DNA from: Azolla caroliniana
Taxonomy: Eukaryota; Plantae; Polypodiophyta
Assembly: GCA_043228905.1 (NCBI GenBank)
Contig: JBHGNT010000505.1
Coordinates: 1-22,234 of the forward strand
Length of the DNA stretch: 22,234 nucleotides
Direction of reading: 5' to 3'
Shown here: positions 1 to 9,822 of the stretch, in pieces
Position numbering within the stretch: position 1 is the first letter of the stretch
Layout: every line of letters starts with the position of its first letter
Translations under genes and position numbers: made by a program
Notes under the pieces: model-generated
What the model was told of the DNA's origin: nothing
The model's input: the letters and a program-made list of their open reading frames with translations, nothing else
Databases searched by the model: none

Positions 1-598
1 AGGGCAGGATTCGAACCCTACACCTCCACGTAGATAAACCCCAACTTTACCATTTTAATAACTTATCTTTAGTGTTATACATATAGATTTAATACGTATA
101 AGACCTTTATTTACACATACCTTTATTAAAAGTTAAAACTCATGTATTCTTTAGGGTGTGAATATTTTATTTACACGTGACATTAAAAGTGACTCATGCA
201 CATCTAGCGTGCAATAGCCCTATACTTAAGAAATGACAAAGCATCACATGCACATTTAGTGTGCATGGACACTTTTGGTGAAAAAGCATGAAGCCATGCT
301 TAGCCTCTTCCATCTTTATATAAGGAGGAGAGAAATATGTATAAGGTTGTTGATTAATATACAAGGATTGATCAATCTAATATATTCGTGGGATTCACGA
401 ATTTTGCCATCTAAATTACTCTTATAATCTAAATATTGTTTAAAATACACTAAACTCGTGGGATTCACGAGATTGCTATCTTACTTCTCTTTCCACTATT
501 CATAACTAGCCTTAATTTGTATTCCTCTTCCTCCTAGTCCAAAACCTCGGCGGTTCCCACCCGACTCACGCAACGATCTGGAGCCGAAAGGCACGACA
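1..598 (+). mobile_element. 3' part of a gypsy-like LTR (3' LTR or solo LTR) inserted into the copia RT/RNaseH junction
   Basis: Ends in ...GCACGACA at 598, exactly where the copia protein breaks (FSLGSAAIA|, where W-S-S-K-K-Q is expected). Its 3' region (cctcctagtccaaaacctcggcggttccc) resembles the 3' region of the LTR at 1973-2638 (cctccttggtccaagaccccggtggtccc). TATATAA at ~317-323. The other end lies outside the window. Confidence 0.7.
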
Positions 599-1972
599 AC
601 GCAATTGCGGCACTCCCGAGGGAGAACGCGTATCCAGATGTGGATCGGCGATCGGCGGCGTTGCTAGCCCAATCAGCATCGGTGTAGCCGACTAACTGCG
701 CGGCTGCACCGGTCCGATATAGCAGTCCCCGGTCCTTAGTGCCGCTTACGTACCGAAGTACGCGTTGCGCACACTGAAGGTGCTCCTCGGTAGGTCGCGC
801 CATGAACTGACTAATCACACCGACCGGATAACTGAGGTCGGGTCGGGTAATGGTCAAGTATATGAGGCTACCAACAATTTGTCGGAACCTCGTCGGGTCG
901 CATACCTTTCCCGTATCAGGACGAAGCTTGACGGTTTTGTCCAGAGGAGTCGAGATGGACTTACAGTTGGCCATCCCGAGTTTGAAGAGCATACTCAGCA
1001 CGTAATGACATTGGCTGATCAATATGCCTTCGGGGGTACGGATCACTTCGATCCCAAGGAAGTAATGAAGGTCTCCCAAATCCTTCATGTCGAACGATGC
1101 CGCAAGCTGGAGCTTCATGCGGTCAATTTCACCTAGGTCGGCGCCGGTGATGACCAAGTCATCGACATATAGTAGAATACTAACCGAGCCGAGTCGACCT
1201 TTCCGGATGAACAGGGAAGAGTCCGATTTTGACGTGACGAAGCCCATCCGACGCAGTTGTTGCGTGATCTTCGCGTTCCAGGCACACGGGGCTTGCTTCA
1301 GTCCGTAAAGGGACTTCTTCAGTCGGCATACTTTCGAGGAGTTCGTTCCGGAGTGAAATCCGGGGGGCTGTACCATGTACACTTGTTCCTCAAGGTCACC
1401 TAGCAGGAACACATTCTTTACATCCATTTGATGTAGGTGCCACCCCTTGGCCGCGGCTACTGCGAGCAAAACACGAACGGTCGTCATTTTTGCGACCGGC
1501 GCAAACGTCTCATCGTAGTCGATGTCGTGTTTCTGCGTGTAGCCCTTTGCCACTAGCCGAGCCTTGTACTGGTTGACCGAGCCATCGGTGTTGTACTTGA
1601 CTTTGTAAACCCATCTACACCCGATCGGCTTCACACCCTTCGGTGCGTCAACCAGGTCCCAGGTCTTGTTCTCCGCCAATGCGTGCATCTCTTCCTCCAT
1701 CGCAGCATGCCAATTCGCGTCTTTAGCCGCTTCTACGCAGCACTCCGGCTCACGTATATCCGCTACACGGGTCATGTACGCATAATGATGCGCCATGTAC
1801 TCGTTGTATCCGAACCGCACAACTGGGTTCTTCTGGCGGGTAGATCAGCGTAATCTCACATTAGCCGATGTCGAGGACTTCTCGGTCGACGCGGTCTTCA
1901 CCTTTAAAGACCTGTCACCGGTTCCCTCGGAGTCGGACTCGTGTCGGTCTGACTCATTCCTTTCCGTGCCGG
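599..1972 (-). pseudogene. copia pol fragment: linker, reverse transcriptase (RVT_2 type) and start of RNase H
   Basis: Motifs AMEEEMHAL..N.TWDLV, KARLVAKGY, QMDVKNVFL, LYGLKQAP, LLYVDDL, GYTDADWA. In-frame TGA at ~1845; truncated at 599 by an LTR insertion. Confidence 0.95.
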
Positions 1973-2638
1973 TGTCGTGATGTGGCATGTCTAGTGCGAG
2001 AAAAAGTCAAAAATTGAGGATCCACACACATTTCACGAATACTTGTAAAAATGAAAATAAATAAACCTAGGTCACAATGGCATTGAGTGCATGTACAAGG
2101 TTGCAAGTAGGATTTGAACCTTGCACCTCTAAAATAAGAGGCAATTACCTTACCACTAAAGCTACTACTAAGTGCTTTAGATGTTCTATATTTCTTTCTC
2201 ATATTCAGTATTCCGTAGGAAACAAACGAACAAAACCATGTACACAAAACCACGGTTTTAAGCCCATGGTTTCCTGCATGTCACAAAGCAAAACTGTGTG
2301 CATAGAAACCATGGCTCCAAGCCCATGGTTTTGTGCATGGACAAACCTATAAAACCCCTAGTACGGCTTGTGTAAAGGGGGGGGGCTCAATATGATATGA
2401 CCATCATCATCACCATCAATAATATAAGCTTCTATTTCTTCTTCTTCGCATCTATCTTGTAATTATTTATCTACTTCTGAAAGTGTACAATCTTCAATCT
2501 TCTCAAGTGTAATAGGTCTTCCTCCAATCTTACATTCACATCGTCCTCTTCTCAATACCTTGACGGACATCCTCCTTGGTCCAAGACCCCGGTGGTCCCG
2601 CTCAAGCGAAGCACGCTCGCACGCTCATCTTCGCGACA
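1973..2638 (+). repeat. LTR copy 1 (666 bp, TGTCG...CGACA)
   Basis: TG...CA termini with a 5-bp terminal inverted repeat; followed by TTTT and the PBS; near-identical to 4975-5636 and 7159-7821. Confidence 0.93.
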
Positions 2639-2642
2639 TTTT

Positions 2643-2660
2643 TGGTGAACCCGACGTGAA
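2643..2660 (+). promoter_or_regulatory. Primer-binding site complementary to the 3' end of tRNA-Trp (TGGTGAACCCGACGTGAA)
   Basis: The reverse complement TTCACGTCGGGTTCACCA matches the 3' end plus CCA of plant cytosolic tRNA-Trp as I recall it. Further copies at 5743-5760 (inverted) and 6482-6499. Confidence 0.85.
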
Positions 2661-2675
2661 GAGCGGTAGGGGAGG

Positions 2676-4833
2676 GTGAAGCTGGACGAGGAATATCTAA
2701 TGAAGGCAATGTCAAAGATGATGATGGAGTTTTCAAGAGAAGGGAAAATACGACATGCGGCCCAACTAGCCGTCGAACGCATGATCAAGCGAGTCGGGTT
2801 TTTCGATGGAGGCAAAGTCGAAAAATTTCTAAAGGCCTACAATGCCGAAATGGATTCAAGAGGAGTGGAGGAAGCAATGAGGCTGGAGTACTTTTGTCGA
2901 GTGGTGGCCGAACCGATCTTCGAAGAGATTAAAGAGATTCAAAAAACTCACGATTCGTGGGTGTCCTTCAAAGAAGCTTTACGAGAATCATATGGTTACG
3001 AACAGCAAAAGGGACGAGGTCTGTATGAGTTTCATGAATGGGTGTCATCGAGAAAGACCCACCAGAGTGCTATGCATGCATTCGTTGAGTTTGAGTATCG
3101 CTTCGCTCAACTCTCGGACCGGGATCGGAGATTGGTGGGGGTGAATATTGATGTTTGTAAAGTCAATCGATCGGAATGAAAGGAAGGCCATTGGAATCCA
3201 ACTCGAGGATGGCAATGGTGAAAATGGCCTCACTGAGGATTGGGCCAAAGTGGAAAGGGTATGCCGACAACACGATAAGAGGGAAATGAGACTCTCATCG
3301 ACAACAACACGACCCACAAGGGATGTTCAAAGGAGAATGGGATGTGGCAATAAAAACCCACTGAAGGAAGAAAGCTCGAAGAGGGAAGCTTCGAAAGAAC
3401 TCAACATAGAAGCCTTGATGAGAGAGGCATTAATGAACTTAAAGACACAAGTCGAGGTTGAAGAGAAGTTGAAAACAAAACCAAGGAAAATGGTGATCGA
3501 CGAAGAGGAGACCTCCCGACAAATGCAGACTAATGGTGTGGCCAATACGAAGGCCCAGGTTTGGTATGACAGTACCATGGGAGAAGGTGTGAAACAAGCC
3601 ACCTTCTCGACTTATGGAGGAACGACGGTCAAGAGAAAGGCCGAAGACTTGAGAGCGGGAAATGCTGCTTTAAGAGTGGACAAGCATTTCGGAACACATG
3701 TTGTGTCCGAAATATCGAGTGATGAAGGTGCAAGCATGAGGGAAGCTTGCGTGATCAAGGGATGTAAAGAGTGCGAGGTCGACGTGATTGAGGCGGTAGC
3801 CACGAGAAACGACAACCAGTCGCAGATGGCTAAGGAAGAGTTCACGGCGGATGACTGTGTCGAGACTTTCCCAACACTTGATCTAGAGACTTGGGCAGTT
3901 GCGTCCGAAAGCCAACATGAGACCCAAGAGACGGAAAGTGGTGGGGAAGAAAATATTGAAGACAATGCGAATAACAACATTGAGCGAAAGATGGCTACGG
4001 ATGAGAAGACGGTGACCGATGGTGTCGAGGGTCTCCCCACATTTCTTCCTGAGACTTCGGCAGTTGTGCCCGAGTGTCAACGTGAGACCGGAGAGACGGA
4101 AGATGACGGCAAGAAATCGAAGGACCAAAGTGGTGATGAGGACGATGACCACAGAGGAAGGGATCCCTCCACACCGGTTCTGAAGACTTCGGCAGTTGTG
4201 CCCGAGAGGAAACATAAGACCGGAGAGATGGAAGGTGGTGGCGAGGAGATGAGGGTCGAAGCCAACGTATACAGAGGAACGGTGGCCAACAAGGAGGCCA
4301 AAAACAAAGCTACAATAGAGTTCGATGAAGAAACAAAGAGCGGCAAGAAAGGAAGAACCGGAATACAATCCGGATGGAAGATGACGCGGTTGGTATTCCG
4401 ACCAGAACGGAAGCCGACCCGGACGAGAGTTGATCAACCGGGCCCGACCCAACTGAAAACAGGACGGAAACTAACCCGGACGAAAGTCGATCGTCTGAGT
4501 CCGATTCGGCCGAATGTGAATCCGAATGAAGGCCGACCAAGCCAGAACTTGATTGGTCGAGACCGATCCAGACAGAAGTTGAGCCGACCTAGACGGAGGT
4601 CGAAGCAGACGAGCCGCGACATCCAGTCGAGGCTGTTGAGCATAAGGAAAGGCAAACATGAGACGAGAAAGGATGATAAAGGAATGTTAAGTGACCAAGG
4701 AGATGGCCGAGATGAAGGTGGCACATGCACGAGGCATGAAGCGTTATGCTTGGGAGGAGCAAAGGGAGCCATGACAACTAGACATGGCAATAAAAAAGGT
4801 GAGCGAATGATATGGTGGATCGGATGGCAATGA
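2676..4833 (+). pseudogene. Gag-like ORF with a frameshift near 3148 and a long low-complexity C-terminal region
   Basis: Starts just after the PBS. Gag-like helical N-terminus (FFDGGKVEKFLKAY...W.SFKEALRESY) in frame 2676-3179, continuing in 3148-4833. No PR, RT or INT motifs. Confidence 0.7.
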
Positions 4834-4962
4834 CAGTTCGAAGTAGATGACAAAAAGACGGTGCGGGCGAGGCGCAAGAAAGTAGGAAATCAAACACCAA
4901 CCACCTTTGACCCTTCCACATCACTCTTTTCTTCTTGGCACATACCGGAGGATGTGCGGTTT

Positions 4963-4974
4963 GGTGGGGGTGGA
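4963..4974 (+). promoter_or_regulatory. Polypurine tract (GGTGGGGGTGGA)
   Basis: Immediately 5' of LTR copy 2; identical copy at 7147-7158 before LTR copy 3. Confidence 0.8.
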
Positions 4975-5636
4975 TGTCGTGATGTGGCATGTCTAGTGCG
5001 AGAAAAAGTCAAAAATTGAGGATCCACACACATTTCACGAATACTTGTAAAAATGAAAATAAATAAACCTAGGTCACAATGGCATTGAGTGCATGTACAA
5101 GGTTGCAAGTAGGATTTGAACCTTGCACCTCTAAAATAAGAGGCAATTACCTTATGACTAAAGCTACTACTAAGTGCTTTAGATGTTCTATATTTCTTTC
5201 TCATATTCAGTATTCCGTAGGAAACAAACGAACAAAACCATGTACACAAAACCACGGTTTTAAGCCCATGGTTTCCTGCATGTCACAAAGCAAAACTGTG
5301 TGCATAGAAACCATGGCTCCAAGCCCATGGTTTTGTGCATGGACAAACCTATAAAACCCCTAGTACGGCTTGTGTAAAGGGGGGGGGGGGGTCAATATGA
5401 TATGACCATCATCATCACCATCAATAATATAAGCTTCTATTTCTTCTTCTTCGCATCTATCTTGTAATTATTTATCTACTTCTGAAAGTGTACAATCTTC
5501 AATCTTCTCAAGTGTAATAGGTCTTCCTCCAATCTTACATTCACATCATCCTCTTCTCAATACCTTGACGGACATCCTCCTTGGTCCAAGACCCCGGTGG
5601 TCCCGCTCAAGCGAAGCACGCTCGCATGCGCATCTT
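4975..5636 (+). repeat. LTR copy 2, 3' terminus truncated by inversion junction
   Basis: Direct repeat of 1973-2631; lacks the terminal CGCGACA. Confidence 0.9.
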
Positions 5637-6173
5637 GTTGGGCCACATGTTGTGTTTTCCCTTCTCTTGAAAACTCCATCATCATCTTTGACATTGCCTT
5701 CATTAGATATTCCTCGTCCAGCTTCATCCTCCCCTACCGCTCTTCACGTCGGGTTCACCAAAAAATGTCTCGAAGATGCGCGTGCGAGCGTGCTTCGCTT
5801 GAGCGGGACCACCGGGGTCTTGGACCAAGGAGGATGTCCGTCAAGGTATTGAGAAGAGGATGATGTGAATGTAAGATTGGAGGAAGACCTATTACACTTG
5901 AGAAGATTGAAGATTGTACACTTTGAGAAGTAGATAAATAATTACAAGATAGATGCGAAGAAGAAGAAATAAAAGCTTACATTATTGATGGTGATGATGA
6001 TGGTCATATTATATTGAGCCCCCCCCTTTACACAAGCCGTACTAGGGGTTTTATAGGTTTTTCCATGCACAAAACCATGGGCTTGGAGCCATGGTTTCTA
6101 TGCACACAGTTTTTCTTTGTGACATGCAGGAAACCATGGGCTTAAAACCGTGGTTTTGTGTACATGGTTTTGT
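5634..6173 (-). repeat. Inverted copy of LTR 3' portion, PBS and gag start
   Basis: Reverse complement of the neighbouring LTR, PBS and gag sequence; junction microhomologies CTT (5634-5636) and CATGGTTTTGT (6163-6173). Confidence 0.9.
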
Positions 6174-7158
6174 GCATGGACAAACCTATAAAACCCCTAG
6201 TACGGCTTGTGTAAAGGGGGGGGCTCAATATGATATGACCATCATCATCACCATCAATAATATAAGCTTCTATTTCTTCTTCTTCGCATCTATCTTGTAA
6301 TTATTTATCTACTTCTGAAAGTGTACAATCTTCAATCTTCTCAAGTGTAATAGGTCTTCCTCCAATCTTACATTCACATCATCCTCTTCTCAATACCTTG
6401 ACGGACATCCTCCTTGGTCCAAGACCCCGGTGGTCCTGCTCAAGCGAAGCACGCTCGCATGCGCATCTTCGCGACATTTTTTGGTGAACCCGACGTGAAG
6501 AGCGGTAGGGGAGGATGAAGCTGGACGAGGAATATCTAATGAAGGCAATGTCAAAGATGATGATGGAGTTTTCAAGAGAAGGGAAAACACAACATGTGGC
6601 CCAACAAGCCATCAAAAGCTTGATCAAACGGGCCCGACCCAACCGAAAACCGGATGGAAACTGACCCGGATGAAAGTCGATCGTCTGAGTCTGATTCAGC
6701 CGAAGGCAAATCCGGAGGAAGGCTAACCAAGCCAGAAGTTGATTGGTCGAGACAGACAAAAGTTGAACCGGCCTACACGGAGGTCGAAGCAGACGAGTCG
6801 TGACACCTGATTGAGGCTAGTGAGAATAAGGAAAGGCAAGCATGAGACGAGAAATGATGATAAAGGAAAGTTAGGTGACCAAGGAGATGGTCGAGATGAA
6901 GGTGGCACATGCATGAGGTATGAAGCGTTATGCTCGGGAGGAGCAAAGGGAGCCATGACAACTAGACATGGCAATAAAAAAGGTGAGCGAATGATATGGT
7001 GGATCGGATGGCAACGACAGTTCGAAGTAGACGACAAAAAGACGGTGCGGACGAGGCGCAAGAAAGGAGGAAATCAAACACCAACCACCTTTGACCCTTG
7101 CACATCACTCTTTCCTTCTTGGCACATACTGGAGGATGTGCGTTTTGGTGGGGGTGGA
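6163..7158 (+). repeat. Partial LTR (to 6476), PBS, internally deleted internal region and PPT
   Basis: Matches ~2325-2788 and then jumps to ~4431-4974, joined at a shared TGATCAA. Confidence 0.88.
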
Positions 7159-7821
7159 TGTCGTGATGTGGCATGTCTAGTGCGAGAAAAAGTCAAAAAT
7201 TGAGGATCCACACACATTTCACGAATACTTGTAAAAATGAAAATAAATAAACCTAGGTCACAATGGCATTGAGTGCATGTACAAGATTGCAAGTAGGATT
7301 TGAACCTTGCACCTCTAAGATAAGAGGCAATTACCTTACCACTAAAGCTAATACTAAGTGCTTTAGATGTTCTATATTTCTTTCTCATATTCAGTATTCC
7401 GTAGGAAACAAACGAACAAAATGGTGTACACAAAACCACGGTTTTAAGCCCATGGTTTCCTGCATGTTACAAAGCAAAATTGTGTGCATAGAAACCATGG
7501 CTCCAAGCCCATGGTTTTGTGCATGGACAAACCTATAAAACCCCTAGTACGGCTTGTGTAAAGGGGGGGCTCAATATGATATGACCATCATCATCACCAT
7601 CAATAATATAAGCTTCTATTTCTTCTTCTTCGCATCTATCTTGTAATTATTTATCTACTTCTGAAAGTGTACAATCTTCAATCTTCTCAAGTGTAATAGT
7701 TCTTCCTCCAATCTTACATTCACATCATCCTCTTCTCAATACCTTGACGGACATCCTCCTTGGTCCAAGACCCCGGTGGTCCCGCTCAAGCGAAGCACGC
7801 TCGCACGCGCATCTTCCGACA
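7159..7821 (+). repeat. LTR copy 3
   Basis: Direct repeat of 1973-2638, ending CATCTTCCGACA (one G fewer than copy 1). Confidence 0.9.
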
Positions 7822-8775
7822 ACTTCTTCTTCCCTTTCTCTTTGCGCGTAAGCCATCTCCTCGGCTTCCTGCGCGGGGAATGCACGGCCGAGTCTCCACT
7901 ACTCGCCAGCTCTTCATTGGACTGGTCGTACCGACTCAGTCGTCTAATCGGTCCACTTAACCGGAGTGAAATCGAACTCTCTTCGCAGGTCTCGATTTCG
8001 GGCTCATCCGGAGGCATCTCGGCCTTGCTGACCTCATCATTAGAGCTCGGATTGGAGTCTAGGGTTGTAGTCGGGGGCAGGTACCAGGACGCGGACTCGT
8101 CAAACACCACGTCGCGGCTGACACGCGCTTGTTTGGTGCGAAGGTTATAACACTTATAACCCTTCTGCCCGTCCGAGTAACCGACCAAGATGCATTTCTC
8201 GGCCTTTGCGTCCAACTTCCTCCTTTTCTCCTTCGGTATATGCACATGCGCAATGCTACCGAACACCCTCAAGTGTCGCAAGTTCGGCTTCGTTCCGAAA
8301 TATAGCTCGTGCGCCGACACTTTGTCTCCGATCCGGTTTTGGATGTATACCGCGGTCCTTACTGCCTCGGCCCAATAGAACTTGGGCAAGCTCTTCTCCT
8401 CCAGCATTACCCGTGCCGCTTCCACAATCGACCGATTCTTTCTCTTGGCCACGCCGTTCTGCTCCGGCGTGTATCTACAACTGAATTCGCGGCGAATTCC
8501 CATTTGTTGTAGGTAACCGTTGAATTGACCGGAAAAGTACTCTTTCCCGCCATCCGACCTCATGCACTTGATCTTTCGTCCCGTTTCGGTTTCCACGAAC
8601 CCTTTGAGGTCCCGGAAACAGTCGAAGACTTCGCTCTTCCTCTCAATGAGGTAGATCCACGTGTGCCGTGTGTGGTCGTCGATGAAGGAGACGAAATATC
8701 GGCTCCCGCCAAGACTAACGTTTTGTGCCGGCCCCCACACATCGGAGTGTATAAGGTCGAGTTTGTTCCGGCTCC
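7822..8775 (-). pseudogene. copia integrase core (rve) and downstream SH3-like region
   Basis: LIHSDVWGP, YFVSFIDD, RSDGGKEY, TPEQNGVAKRKNR (catalytic E appears mutated to K), HLRVFGS, KCILVGY. Confidence 0.95.
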
Positions 8776-8811
8776 AACACGTTCGCGTTCACAAGTGGAA
8801 GGATTGCGCAT
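8776..8811 (+). repeat. Left terminal inverted repeat AACACGTTCGCGTTCACAAGTGGAAGGATTGCGCAT
   Basis: 35/36 match to the reverse complement of 18050-18085. Confidence 0.96.
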
Positions 8812-9822
8812 TCCACTTGTAGAATCTTCTTAAAACGAAGCAAATACACCCTCTCTACAATAATTGGATGCACTAGTAACACATGTTCCTCAACTTGATA
8901 AGAATTTGCAAATATAAAAATACATGATAGATCTACGAGTGGAGATCATTAGAAATCATGCAAGTTTAGACATGTTGATAAGTTAATGTATCTAAATAAA
9001 GTTCAACTATGGCTCAATATGGCACTATTGTGCGACAAGGGAAACACTAACTTAAAGACTTATATTAATTAGGTAGGTTTTACAAAATTATGAGGTGTAC
9101 TTGTATCCATACTAATAAAATGAGATATAATTTATACTTTGACCCATACGTGCATGTATGTAATTGTCGAAAATGTAGGATAGTGCACATTAGGATAAGT
9201 GATTGGAATAACTAACTTATTAAAGTATTCAATACTTATATTAAAAGTTGATCTAATCTATTCCTCAGTTTGTTCATATGGGATCAAACCATATGTGTAT
9301 ATAATTGTGCACAATGTAAGGCAGTGAACTTTAGGATAATGTCGTGGAAATAACAAACCTATTAGGCTTTCATACCTGTATTTAAAATTGATCTACTCTA
9401 TTGCTTAGGTGATTCACACAAGATCAAACTCCGAACGATAACGCAACTGGAACCATTATCAACACACTACACAATCTAAGCAGCAATGGAATAGAAACAT
9501 AATAGTTTTAACAATATAAGACAAAGATCCATAATAACAACATGGACAGTCATGGCAATAATTATAGGGCCATGTTCTGTTAAGGTTAGCTTGGACCAAA
9601 ATCAGCCTCCATTTAAGCTAGTTCATGTTTCTCCATAAGTTTGGTAGTCAGCTATGCACGCGGTGAAACCAATATCATAAATCTACTAATGAGGTATATA
9701 AAAATAAAATTGAAACATATAGATGATTATAAAGAATAGAATCCACTAGGTAAAACCCAAAATTTGTATTAATAATGTGAAATCTTAACAAATCGTTAGT
9801 GTCATATTCTTTATAGAGTCTA

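Larger units (their letters stand above)
1973..7821 (+). mobile_element. Non-autonomous gypsy-type LTR retroelement array (LTR-gag-LTR, inverted segment, internally deleted copy, LTR)
   Basis: Three direct LTR starts TGTCGTGATGTGGC (1973, 4975, 7159), a tRNA-Trp PBS after LTR ends, a PPT before 4975 and 7159, a gag-like ORF and no pol. Confidence 0.9.

Noticed and set aside
2103-2170. Functional tRNA gene
   Set aside because: The acceptor, anticodon and T stems do not pair properly; only promoter-box-like motifs remain.
1954-2352. Repeated small ORFs (MALSACTRLQ..., MVLCTWFCS...), also at ~4890-5354 and ~7074-7538
   Set aside because: They lie within LTR copies, recur only because the LTR recurs, and have no recognisable motifs.
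5743-5760. tRNA-Trp gene
   Set aside because: Only the 3' 18 nt including CCA are present; it is an inverted PBS.
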